Below, piece after piece: positions 1 through 12,700 of a DNA stretch of 64,000 bases. The notes below the pieces were generated by a model. That model saw only the letters and a list, made by a program, of their open reading frames with translations. It searched no databases and was not told the origin of the DNA. The stretch spans positions 7,192,001 through 7,256,000 of the forward strand of contig NC_043006.1 in assembly GCF_006345805.1 (NCBI RefSeq), read 5' to 3'. Position 1 is the first letter of the stretch, and each line of letters begins with the position of its first letter. A program made the position numbers and the translations under genes. The DNA is from Octopus sinensis. Its lineage: Eukaryota.

Positions 1-193
1 CCTTTTTGCAGTCTGAAGGACAAATACTCGGGAAAAACAGTAGTGGCTAAAATTACAAAGCTATCCAAATCTATTTAACCAAAAAGATGAATCTTTAAGT
101 ATATTATTTTTTTAAACTCATAATGTGTACTTATGTATGTATGGTGTGTTTATGTTTGCACAGCTATGAACATGTATGTACATAGACGTCTTT

Positions 194-227
<34 letters not shown>

Positions 228-798
228 ATGCGTGTGCGTGTGTATATATATTGATGTGTGGGCGTATAGTGAACTCAAAGAATCACTCTTTCGACATCAT
301 CTGCAATTTCAAACAGAAAATCTTGACCATATCTATACTACTATTCTTTAACGAACATAAAAAAGCAAGTCCTGTAAATGTAATTATAATTTTTACTGAA
401 GAAAATGAAAAACATCTGGTTTTTCAATTAAAACCTTGACCATTTCAAATTCAGAAATTTTTTTCCTTCCCCTCCTGAAAAGGCCACTAAGTGTTAAACA
501 AACAAGACTGACTATAAAAAAGCCACGCTTCTTTACCCGCTCCTTCTAAAAAAAATTTGCTCATCTTTCTTTTCCCTTACCTGGCAAACCCCATAAAATT
601 CTTAATAAAAAGGCCAAGAAATCTAAATCGATAACGGAAGAAAGCGATAAAATGTAAATAAAATATAAATAACTATTCTGGCCTCGTCAACGGGCTTGAT
701 CCTTTTCCTCTCCAGCTTCTGCACCGAAGGCTTCGCAACACGCACGCTGCCTATGTTTTATTTCATTTATTAATATATATATATATATATAATATATC

Positions 799-834
<36 letters not shown>

Positions 835-1228
835 CTATATATATCTGTATATATAAAATGAAAGAATGGAGTCGAACGAAGATGTTAACAAAATTCCTTT
901 ACTCTCGACATATTTTCATTCCAAAGGAATAAAGGGTGCATTATGTAATCTTCTCATCAGGAAAGAAAGGGAGCCTCTCTCGACAACAAGACAAAACAAA
1001 AATTTCGATGATTGCCTACATGGTAAACAAAGCGATAATAAGTGGTTTTTTTTTTTAAAATCCGTTAGAAGAATTGACGTCAGGTTTCGGTTAAACGAAT
1101 TTTCCATGCTGACGATAAACATAGGATAATTCATTCACCTACTTAAATATATATATATATATATATATTATAGCATATATATATATATATATATATTCAT
1201 CCAACATTTTAACTACCTTTTATTTAAA

Positions 1229-1299
<71 letters not shown>

Positions 1300-1379
1300 T
1301 ATATATTATATAGTTTTAGTTTGCGATTGATAAATCAGTGAGAGAAATAAAATATATATACATTAGTTTTCTTTCCTCT

Positions 1380-2320
1380 CACTGCTGTATCAGTTCCCAC
1401 TATAATTTTCGCCCTTCACTTTAGCTAGTACATACTCTAACTTGTAAAATCTACATCTATTTTTTGAAACTTGACCATTATATGTCCACATTTACCTCTT
1501 AATTCCGAGCACTCCCCCTCATTATTTCACCCCTTTCCCTCCTTCTTCAGGTTAACTACTCACATTTAGTACTCCTTCTTTATCTATTCCTCCACCTTAA
1601 TGCCTGTTCAAACTTATCCCCCACCCCAACTTTTCATACATACTCTTTTCTTACTTTCGTATCTCTTCTGTCTACCCCTCCCTCTATTCCTTTTATCTAT
1701 CGATAGCTCTCCTCTCCCTTCTCCCTTATAATATCTTGACCAGCACTCATCTTTTCTTTTATCTTTTTTTCTTCTTTTCCCTCCCCTTCCTCCACTCTAG
1801 CCGTTAAAAAACACCACCGTCTCCCATACATACTTCTTCCTTCTCACATTCTTATCTATTCATTTCTCTCTTTATCTACTTCCCCTTAACACTATAAATC
1901 TTAACATTCATTTATACTGGAAGATCTTTTTGAATGAACAACACACGCCATTAATACCATTTGTGAAATAACAACATATGAATTCTTATTGAACTTTACA
2001 GATAATGGACAAGAAGCCTCTTTACTCATTGAAAACAACACATTTCTTGGATAACGGAACAGTAACCTTAACATCCAACATGTATCTTTATTTTCATATT
2101 TTCCTGTTACAGTGCCTGTATTATATTTAATTTCTTGTATATCTCTCCCTCTCCAGAATAACTTCTAAAAAAGATTAACTCTCCTAAATCCTACCATTGA
2201 AGCTCTTTTAACTCGTCTTTGATGATGGGATATCGTTTATATACCTGAAACGGCTGTAAGACCACCTTTCTATTTAAAAAGGTCCTAGGAATATCAAATC
2301 GTCTTAGCCTTGTTATTTTA
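1380..2320 (+). mobile_element. Degenerate Penelope-like 3' fragment ending in an HHR-like motif
   Basis: Weak GIY-YIG C-terminal similarity at about 1380-1620, a CT-rich UTR, and the motif gtct-TTGATGA-...-GAAAcggctGTA-agac at 2215-2262. Confidence 0.5.
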
Positions 2321-2333
2321 TTTTATTTGACAC

Positions 2334-2415
<82 letters not shown>

Positions 2416-2475
2416 CAATTTTACGTACACCTATATATTCATACATATATACGCACACACATATATATGTATGTG

Positions 2476-2770
2476 TGGAGGCGCAATGGCCCAGTGGTTA
2501 GGGCAGCGGACTCGCGGTGGTAAGATCGCGGTTTCGATTCCTAGACCGGGCGTTGTGAGTGTTTATTGAGCGAAAACACCTAAATAAGCTCCACGAGGCT
2601 CCGGCGGGGGGTGGTGATCCCTGCTGTACTCTTTCACCACTCTTTCTCCCATTCTTTCTTGGCCTGCTCGTTTAGGCAGCGGGGTGGCGCATTCGAAGGC
2701 TAAAACAATGCGAACGCATTGTGACCAGCGATGTGTAACTACATCTGAGGGACTGGTCGGTCACGTGATG
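2476..2770 (+). mobile_element. SINE family C
   Basis: tRNA-like head TGGCCCAGTGGTTAGGG...GGTTTCGATTCC. Matches the 62158 copy end to end. Confidence 0.88.
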
Positions 2771-3095
2771 GTGATGACGTGATATATGTATGTAATAACA
2801 TCCAGCAGCAGTGCTTCTTCATTTATTAAAAGTATCTCCGCCTCCACACTTTGTGTCACGGTTACAAATGAGAGTGAAATCTAACTCCATGAGGGCAGGG
2901 GAAATATTGCAAGAAACAAGGATTCCCCAAAGTCTAGAAGCCATCACAGAAAACTATCTTTTTATTATCTGGAAAGTAAGTCATTATTACGTGTTTTTTT
3001 TGTCACGCAGTGCAATCACCAGCTCACCTGGCTCACTTTACCGCTAGTAGTCAAGGTACTTAGACTTTGGGAAAAATGTCTAAGTATATCTCACC

Positions 3096-3311
3096 CTCTT
3101 TTACTCTTTTACTCGTTTCAGTCATGTGACTGTAGCCATGCTGGAGCACCGCCTTTAGTCGATCAAATCGACCCCAGGACTTTTCCTTTGTAAGCCTAGT
3201 ACTTATTTTATCGTTCTCTTTTTTGCCGAACCGCTAAGTTACGGGGACGTAAACACACCAGCATCGGTTGTCAAGAGATGTTGGGGGGATAAACACAGAC
3301 ACACAAACACG

Positions 3312-3342
<31 letters not shown>

Positions 3343-3543
3343 CATATATATATATATATTATATATATATACATATATACGACGGGCTTCTTTCAGTTTC
3401 AGTCTACCAAATCCACTCACAAGGCTTTGGTCGGCCCGAGGCTATAGCAGAAGACACTTACCCAAGGTGCCACGCAGTGGGACTGAATCCGGAACCATGT
3501 GGTTGGTAAGCAAGCTACTTACCACACAGCCACTCCTACGCCT
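3096..3543 (-). mobile_element. SINE family A (tRNA-like head, CORE-like box, internal TA/TG microsatellite, (GAGTAAAA)n-like tail)
   Basis: One of 9 near full-length copies. A/B-box-like head TGGCTGTGTGG...GGTTCAGTCCC and CORE-like CTTGGGCAAGTGTCTT. Confidence 0.9.
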
Positions 3544-4345
3544 ATCTACGTAAATATATTTCACAAAGAATATAACTCATTTATAGCCAAGGTAACTCAG
3601 TGTCCAGGAGCGCGGGCATGTATGTATTTAACTGTCTATCATTTTCTAGCCTTTCTTTTTTCTCCTTTTTCTTTCTCTGTGTCGTCCTTTCTCTCTCTCT
3701 CTCTCTCCTCACTCTCTCTCTCTCACGCTCGCTCTCTTATTCTCCCCTTCCCGCTCTGCCTTCTGCGTCTCCTTCTGTCCACTACCACTTTTCTCGTTGC
3801 TACTACTGATATGTGACCCGTAATCATCCTTTTTTCTCTCTCTCTCTCTTTCTCCTTTTTTCACGCCGGCTGCTGAAGCAACCGGTCGTATTTTCTCTAT
3901 TTTCCACTTCAGCCTGTTTCGCTTTCTGTTGCCCTTCTATTTGCAATCCATTAAGATTTTTTCTATTATCGTTACCTGTACTTGTCTTGAAGTAGCCATA
4001 AGGCTACATTTTTTGTTCATTTATTTGACTTATGTCCCTCGTCTGTCCACTGACTAGCTCGTCTTGAATTACATTTATTCATTTTCGTATGTCTACTTCT
4101 ATATTGCTTGCTTATTTATTTATGATTTGTCTGTTCTCATTCTGTTATGTTTCGTTATGTTGCCACTAGAAGGGACTCAATATTATCGTTAAAGGCACGA
4201 AATTGCATTTGAACCTCTGGCCGAAAATCTTCTGTGTCTAATTTCCTTTCGTCTGTGCATTTGCTATGTTTCTCAACTTGCCATTTTGTATCTGTCTTCG
4301 TTCGCTTGTGCATTTACTACACGTTTTTTATTGTGTAATATATAT

Positions 4346-4376
<31 letters not shown>

Positions 4377-4670
4377 TATATATATTTCGTTTTGGGATTT
4401 GGTTTGCAAGATTCTTTATATGAGTTTGTGTGTTGAAGCATATTCTGAAGAGAGTCAAGACTATTGAAAAGGTTGCAAGACGCAACGAAAATTTTAGGAA
4501 AATAAAAATAAGAAATAAGTGGAAATTTTACCGGTGAGTGTGTTACATTATAAGGCACAAAAAGAAAATTACTCTCCCCAGACACAACAGTATATATATA
4601 TATATATATATACGTAGAGAAAGAGATAGAGAGAGAGGTGGGGAGAGAGATACATATAATATAAACAATA

Positions 4671-4721
<51 letters not shown>

Positions 4722-4906
4722 CAGTGTCTCGCTGAATCGACCAAACTATACCATACTGTTTGCGTACCGCTGGTCACGATGACTTTTCTCCCATTGTTGT
4801 AGCTTTCTAATGATGCCACGCCCGCGGGGTAGGTCAGCAATATAACATACTCCTGACGTGAAGTCGCAACCACCACTGGACTCCTGATTGTCAACTGAAT
4901 ATATTA

Positions 4907-4952
<46 letters not shown>

Positions 4953-6595
4953 CCACACAGTTTCAGCGATCCCTTTAGTTGTGATTTTGCTTTTGTTTTA
5001 GATTGATGTTCTTTCTTAGAAATCAATGACTATGCACTGTCTTACAGTAGTCGAGGCACTAACATGCAAGTTACATTTCAAAGCAATTAGAGTAACCTTG
5101 GTACCTTACAACTATATTGGCTTATTAATTATTGGAAATCCATGAAAATGTGTTTGCTTATTTTACAACATATACATCTGAGCATTCTATTTGATTGCTT
5201 CTACTGTTTAGCACTGGTAGATTCAAAACTGTGAAGTATTGATTTCTTCTTCATTCTCTTCGTTTCTGTTCATTGCGTAAATCTATTTGGTGGATATTAA
5301 ATACTCATTAAGAAGAAATTAAATTGGAATATATTTATTATGTATATGTATCCAAAAGGTTATATTATATATTCAATTTCCATACACGATTTGAATATAT
5401 TTCCCGTGCGTTAGGCCATGGATTTTAACAACTTGTAATCTCCATATAATAATACCCGACATAAATGTTGGTTGGTTGGTTGGTGGTTTGGTGGGTTGGT
5501 AGGTCGGTTGAATTATCTAGCTATGATTTATGTCGTATAGAGAGCGAGGAAGGTTGTAAAGGAGAAAAAGAGAGAGAGAGTTAGCATAAAACGGAGCAGG
5601 TTTAGTGATCATAATAGAATTGATGGTAATAGAAGGAGATGCGATACATGAAAAGTTAACTTGAGGTATACAAAAGGGGATTTCTATTATTTGATAATTC
5701 TTTCAAAAATTTGGCAGGAGTCAAGCAATTCTAGGGAAGGGGAGGTTTCGATTACATCGACCTGAGTGTTTAAATGGTATTTATTTTATTGATCCCGTAA
5801 GGTCGAAAAGCAAAGTCAACCTCAACAGTAAAGACGTACGGAATGCTGCTAATCTTCTTGCCCAGTGAGTTAAAGATTCTGGCGGCTCGTCGCCATAGTG
5901 TTATTCAAGATCAACGTAGCAAATATTTTAGTTTTGAGAATTAGAATTCAATTCACTATTTTGTATAAAACTCAAAATTTGATAAAACTGAAATTATAGT
6001 TTATAGTTTATTGAAATGATTCACTATATTACCCATTGCAGCAAAAGTATACTGCCAAACTTTACATAATATAAAGAATAATACTCTCCTACATTGTAAC
6101 AATATTATATTGTCTCACTATTTGATATAAATTGCAAATCATGCTCCTTTCAAGACTGAAATTATTTATGAAACCTCTGTATATCTAATTAAGATAGTTA
6201 AACGTTTATTACATTGTCTGTCGCAGATGCATACAAGTCTAGAATGGGAGAGTGTGAAAATGTGATTAAAACAGAAAACGAATTTATAAATTGAGACGTT
6301 ATTTTCGAAGAGAAACGCCAACATTAGGAATTAATTCAGAAGAGTTTCTAGGTGCTTTTAGAAACTCCTAGGAAACTATAAGTTAATGCCCGTGCACTCA
6401 TCTCTGTGTACACTACATCTTCTGGCAGAAACAGTCGAAAGCTAATAAATTTAATTGCACAATTTTCTGTTATCATGTCATTCAAGTAACTACGTATTGT
6501 GTATGCAAATGACAATTTATTCTGAAGTATATGAATAATGAATTTAAAAATTAGGTTACTAATATTGATATGCTTACACGAAAAATGAATATATA

Positions 6596-6688
<93 letters not shown>

Positions 6689-6713
6689 TTAGAAGTAGAA
6701 CTAGTATTGTATG

Positions 6714-6759
<46 letters not shown>

Positions 6760-7868
6760 TTAGTAAAAAAACACCTTTTATCAATTCAAAATGAAAACTT
6801 AAATTACACCATCTAGAAAATTACATATAATAGAAATATAAGATAAAAAATATACCGATGATTAAGTAATGTGCAAAATAATAAATAAAACGTTTATATA
6901 TACCAAGTATATATACAACCCAATAGCAGTAGTGACGTCCAGTATGGGTTACAGCTATCAGACAGCCTAAAGAGGTGGGGCAGATTTTGAGGGTTGTAAG
7001 TAAAGAAGAAAATGTGTTCAGGCAATAGTAGTTAAGCTTAATGATTCCAACATGGTGAACGGTGTGGAAGGAGTTATACTAAGTAATAGAAAGTAAGCTA
7101 TACGGTAGACGTGTAAAGAGATCAGGCGTTGACTTCAACGAGTTATAATGGTGTCAGCTACAAAAATATAAAAATAGTTCTGAAAGTGTAAGCTCAGTGA
7201 AAATGAATAGCATTAAGTTATCTCTAGCTTCGAATTAAATTGCAGTATAACGAGTAAAATAAGATAAAACAAGAACGAAGAAAAAACTGCTGTAAATGAA
7301 GAGCTTGAATAAAGAAAGCAAATAAATCTTATTCAACTAGTGTTTACCTTGAATAGGTAATATATAAATTATTGTCTAGATGAAGAGTAAAAATACAGTG
7401 AGTGGTTGCTATGGGAATTAAATCTTGTATGATGAATAAAAACAAGAATAAAAGAGAATAGTGATAAAGTAATTATGCTAATTTAATTAAATAACTTATG
7501 CCATATCTCTTCTATGTTTCAGTGAAAGTAATGTGTAAAAGAGAAATAGAGGGATTCGTCTTACTGCATATAGATCTGTGGTAAAATCGAAACATCTTAA
7601 AGAATTTATAAACGCAAGAGAACGTGTCATGCTGTTTGATTAATAATTGTTTTGGATCAGGTGACTGTATTTGTATAGAAGCTTTCAAGCATAACCAGCA
7701 TTGAGAAATTTGGTCCTGTTATAGCTGACCCGACTTAATAACGAACCAAGTCATAGTGTATGCTTTTTTGTTTTTGATATTTGTCTGGTACTGAGCACAG
7801 ATAAAGTACGCTAACTCTTCTACAATCGACTTGGAGTGGGCATTTATCACGCATGTTAAAGTTACAAG
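6760..7868 (-). mobile_element. Degenerate Penelope-like 3' segment: Cys-rich linker, GIY-YIG nuclease remnant and 3' UTR
   Basis: TCNFNMRDKCPLQVDCRRVSVLYLCSV, then HY.GS...RVSYNRTKFLNAGYA after a shift. This matches the CxC..CP..C..V(V/L)Y / YxGxT...RxxxH pattern of PLE endonucleases. Confidence 0.6.
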
Positions 7869-7869
7869 T

Positions 7870-9270
7870 GGAAGTATTGAGCCAGAATCAATCCTTCCGT
7901 TCCAGCCTTTGAGCCATTGTTGGATTTACGTAGGCTTACTTAAGTCTCAGGGTATTGTTCATAGAGTGATTTTTATCTAGATTTCTTTAGTATGTTTTGT
8001 AGTTATGTTTTCATGTTCCTCTTTTTTTATCTGCTGTGTTGTCATCTGAGATCATTGTATCAGTGTAGTTTATTTCTGCTTTGTATTTTGTCGCTTCCTA
8101 GAGTATAGAGAAAAGCGTTTTCTCTTTCTCATGTTGCTTTATTACATGTAGTGGTCAGTACTTTTCAAATTCAACTGTTGTTATTTTATGATAGTTCTCT
8201 ATCTTTCTCAGGCCACGGCCTGCTTCTGAGCGGGTTAGACATATTTTGTCTGCGTCTACTTTTTGATGGTGACATTGCATAATGGTCTTCTGGGTTTTTA
8301 ATCTGATTTTCCCAATTCACTTATCTTATAGTTTATTATCTTGACGTTGTAGCTTATGACTAATATGGCTAGCATGTTTATCCCTGTTATGTTAATTCTA
8401 GCACTGAGTTCAGTCTTTAATATTAGTCTAACTCTTCCGTAATACTCTCTCCTAGTTTTCTCTTTCATTTCTGAGTTGTATTTTAGCGATTTCGTCTATC
8501 CATAGATATTTGTATGAATAATTGTGGTCTAATTCTTTGATTTCTGTGTCTATGTCGCGTGCAGTGTTTTTAATTCTGATTAATTTCCTTCTTCTTGGGG
8601 TCACGTTGAGATATTTGCTGATAGGTATGTTATTCGCCTGAAACTATAGAAAATTTTAGGTTTCTTAGTTCCATGGTACATTTAGTGAAAATTTTGAAAT
8701 CATCCATGTAAAGATAGCTTATTGCCTGCTCATAGCATCTATAGCCCAATTTTTTTTTAGCGGAGACAGGGAAATACAGAAAACCAAGGGTTACAACGAG
8801 TCCCCCTAGAAAATCTCCCTTCTCATGGGTATAGGGCAGGTTTTAATGACATGTGATTAATTTTTCAATGTTGTACCGGGTTTTCAAGTTTTTCATTACA
8901 TGATTGCATGCTCGATGTGTTGGATCTACTTTATTTGTGTGGAGAGATTCCAGTATCCACGAGTGTAGAACTCGCTTGAATGCGTTTTGGTAACCAATCC
9001 AAGTCATGTTCGGATTTGTTTGTTTTTCTCCTTTTACAATCATCTATATCTCTCTCCGGCACCCCTTTTGTTCTTTGAATGTATTATAACCTGGTTATGC
9101 AAGAATGATGAGAGAGCTTTTTTTTTAGAATGTTGATTCGCCTATAATTTTGTGGTTGTAAGGTGTCTTTGTTTTTGGGAATTAGGCTGCTCTGTCTTTC
9201 CAGCAACCAGTTTAGTGTTGATTCTGGCATGCTTATTAATAAATTAAATGCTGCATCTCTGTGGGTATGA
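7870..9270 (-). mobile_element. Degenerate R4/Dong-like non-LTR RT fragment
   Basis: Across stops and shifts: EQKGCRR, WIGYQNAFKRVLHSWILE (cf. WIDYKKAFDSVPHSWI), IF*GDSL*PLVFC, LYMDDFKIF, EYYGRVRLILKTEL, RSEAGRGL and TEGLILAQ. Upper end abuts a (TAT)n tract. Confidence 0.8.
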
Positions 9271-9298
9271 TATTATTATTATTATATTATTATTATTA

Positions 9299-9342
<44 letters not shown>

Positions 9343-9356
9343 TATTATTATTATAT

Positions 9357-9390
<34 letters not shown>

Positions 9391-9580
9391 GGGAGATTTT
9401 ACCAAAAAGACAAAAGACGATGACAGGTGGTGTACAAAGCAAGCAGACGTATTAGTATAACTCTCAGGAATAGAAAAAGTCTTTTACATTTCGAGCCTAC
9501 GCTCTTCTACAGAAAGGGACACAGAAAAAACAAGGAGAGAAAAAAATGTGTGTAGTGGCTAACGATAGATCATGGCGATT

Positions 9581-9653
<73 letters not shown>

Positions 9654-9764
9654 GAACTTTAGGTTAGTTAGACTATGTGCGTGCTTGTGTACGTTTGTGT
9701 GTGTGAACTGCTGCAATAATTAAATAAATACATTAAAATATATATGCATACACAAGTGCACACA

Positions 9765-9985
9765 CCTGTGGATGACTAAAGTGATTTAAACCGGAAACGG
9801 AGGCTCTAATCTGTGCTGCCCAAGAGCAAGCAGTAAGAACAAACTACATAAAATACAGAGTAGACAACACAGCAGAAAGTGATGAGTGCAGAATCTGTGG
9901 ACAAAATGGTGAAACCGTATGGCATATTACCAGACAATGTACGTCACTAGCTCAGAAGGAATATAAGAGACCCCATGACAATATA
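9765..9985 (+). mobile_element. R4/Dong-like C-terminal fragment with CCHC zinc knuckle
   Basis: Reads PETEALICAAQEQAVRTNYIKYRVD...CRICGQNGETVWHITRQC...EYKRPHD. Confidence 0.85.
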
Positions 9986-10249
9986 AAGAGAGAGATACGT
10001 AAATATCGAACGATGAGAACTAGTGCTCGACACCGCATTGATGGATAGGTATTCTCTGTTTGTTAAGGTTAATATCTGTTTCATGTTAAGGAATAATTCA
10101 ACGATCCAAAATGGAGATGAACACAGATGTAGCATGTGGCAGGCTTGATAATTGTTGAAGTATTCCGTAACATGAAACAATGGTAGCCTTAATACACAAA
10201 CATGCACAACACACACACACACACACATAGGCACACACACATCTATGAG

Positions 10250-10374
10250 TGCGAGGTTGACTTTGCCTTTCATCCTTTCGGGGTCGATAAATTAAGTACC
10301 AGTTACGCACTGGAGTCGATGTCCTCTCTCTGTTTAACCCCTTGTGGTTAGCAAAGAAATAGGTATGAGTGCGT
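10250..10374 (+). mobile_element. SINE family B, 5'-truncated
   Basis: Central box GACTTTGCCTTTCATCCTTTCGGGGTCGATAAATTAAGTACCAG and tail AAAGAAATAGGT. Confidence 0.85.
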
Positions 10375-10407
10375 GTATGCTTACATATATTAGTATAAAA
10401 ATAATAT

Positions 10408-10810
10408 AGGCGCAGGAGTGGCTGTGTGGTAAGTAGCTTGCTAACCAACCACATGGTTCCGGGTTCAGTCCCACTGCGTGGCATCTTGGGCAAGTGTCTT
10501 GTGCTATAGCCCCGGGCCGACCAATGCCTTGTGAGTGGATTTGGTAGACAGAAACTGATAGAAGCCTGTCGTATATATGTATATATATATATGTATGTGT
10601 GTGTGTTTGTGTGTCTGTGTTCGTCCCCCTAGCATTGTTTGACAACCGATGCTGGTGTGTTTACGTCCCCGTAACTTAGCGGTTCGGCAAAAGAGACCGA
10701 TAGCATAAGTACTGGGCTTACAAAGAATAAGTCCCGGGGTCGATTTGCTCGACTAAAGGCGGTGCTCCAGCATGGCCGTAGTCAAATGACTGAAACAAGT
10801 AAAAAAAGAG
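10408..10810 (+). mobile_element. SINE family A
   Basis: End-to-end match to the other family A copies. Confidence 0.92.
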
Positions 10811-11739
10811 TATATTATTTTTATTTTTTAATCTTTGTGGTCGCTAAAATATTGTGCAGAAATCTGATTTCTGACATTAAACCACATATAAACATTTTAT
10901 ATACAATTTTGAATTTGAAAACAAATAAAATTGGTTTGGAGTGATAATAGTTGTGAGAAAGCAAATCGGCCGATGTGAAAAGAAAACGATTCGGGATGGG
11001 ACAGCGAACATGATAGCTTGGTGTTCAAAGCCAGTACGTATTATTAATGCAAAAACACGTAACTGAAGTCAGTAGAAGAATGAAAGTCAAGACAAACGAA
11101 AGTTAACACATAACGAATAAATAAAGTAAATGTTGGACCTATAAGAAGTGGAAGGTTGCATGTGCACCATTAGTGACCAGGTACAGTCGTACTACAAAAA
11201 TTTTAGTATGTCACGAAATAATCTAGATTTTAATCTGAATCAATCTGAAGTTGGAAAATTATATTTCTCAGTTTCTTGTGATATTAAATGGCTCTACAAC
11301 GTTGTCAGCATGTGTCTGCTTCTTTAGCCTTGGGCTAACCAATTCCTTGTAGAGTGAATTTGGTTGACGGAAGCTGATTGAAACCTATCGTATATATCTG
11401 TGTGTATGTGTGTATGTGTTTCTGTGTGTGCGTGTGTACGTGCGTGTGTGTGTGTGTGTGTGTGTGTGAGTGTGTGTGTGTTTGCTCGGTTCTGCAAAAG
11501 AAGCCTATAGAAAAAGGACCTGGATTAAATAAACAAATACTTAGACCAAAATCCCACAAGATCGTGCCTCACCTTCGCTGCATTCTAATGATTGCAACAA
11601 TTCACAGATATAAGATTAAAGCTTCTCCCCCTCTCTCACATTTCCTGGCCTTCCCTTCATTCTCACCTTCCCTCCTTTCACTTCACTCTGTCCCTTTTCT
11701 TTTTTTCTCGTCCCTTCCCTAATTCTTCTATCCCTCAGC

Positions 11740-12110
11740 CTCTACCTCTTTCCTCTAGTTCCACGTGACCGGTGTTCGGTCAAGCCTGACCTTTCTTTCT
11801 TGGTTCGACTACCATCCGTGCAACATCTATAATCCTTTTCATGCCTGTCATCTCTTATGTCCCTGTTGTAAGTCTTCACTTCCACACACGCCAGCTTAAT
11901 TGAATTCGTCCTTAGTCGAAAGGCACCAGTTGTTATGTCCTGTTGTTTGCATTTGTATGCATGTACCATGTCTCCGTTTATTTTCCGTCCTTGTTTTTGT
12001 ATACATTCGCTGCTTTCTTCCAAGGAATCTACTGCTCTTAGCTGAAATTTCCATTGGGGCTGGCCGGATTGGAGCAGTCTCGAGCATAACCAGGTGAAAG
12101 GGCAAAGATA
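11740..12110 (-). mobile_element. Possible I/Ingi-group LINE fragment at the start of an RNase H domain
   Basis: GC-balanced island with YRCCTDGSRT, resembling the YTDGS of non-LTR RNase H. Only one short motif supports this. Confidence 0.3.
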
Positions 12111-12262
12111 ATCTGGATCTCTACTGACTAAAGAAAACTCCGAATGACCCGTCCTTATTTTTTCTTGTCCCTTTTTGCATTATCTAACTGTCTGGATGCT
12201 TTTTTGTCGCCTGTTACGTTCTTGTCCCATTTTTTGTATTCTTTTATATATGTATGTATATA

Positions 12263-12299
<37 letters not shown>

Positions 12300-12338
12300 T
12301 TATCATAAGGATTTTTACACAAAAGTCGTTGATATCAT

Positions 12339-12700
12339 AGGCGCAGGAGTGTCTGTGTGGTAAGCAGCTTGCTTACCAACCACATGGTTCCGGGTTCAGT
12401 CCCATTGCTTGGCACCTTGGGCAAGTGTTTTCTACTATAGCCTCGGGCCAGCCAACGCCTTGTGAGTAGATTTGGTAGATGTGTGTGTGTGTGTGTGTGT
12501 GTGTTTGTCCCCACATCATCCTTTGACAACCGATGGTGGCGTGTCTACGGCTCCGTAACTTAGCGCTTCGGCAAAAGAGTGCCGATAGAATAAGTACTAG
12601 GCTTACAAAGAATAAGTCCTAGGGTCGATTTGTTCGACTAAAAGCGGTGCTCCAGCATCGCCGCAGTCAAATGACTGAAACAAATAAAAAAAGGAAAAGA
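12339..12700 (+). mobile_element. SINE family A, internal deletion
   Basis: Same head and tail, but lacks the GGAAACTGAAAGAAGCC-(TA)n segment. Confidence 0.9.

Noticed and set aside
770-860. Periodic AA/TT interruptions in (TA)n tracts as a possible code
   Set aside because: Irregular, and typical of slippage or long-read consensus error.
5740-5895. Very old SINE-like remnants here and near 14190-14330, 53770-53900 and 54390-54620
   Set aside because: Resemble the family B central box but are too decayed to give reliable limits.
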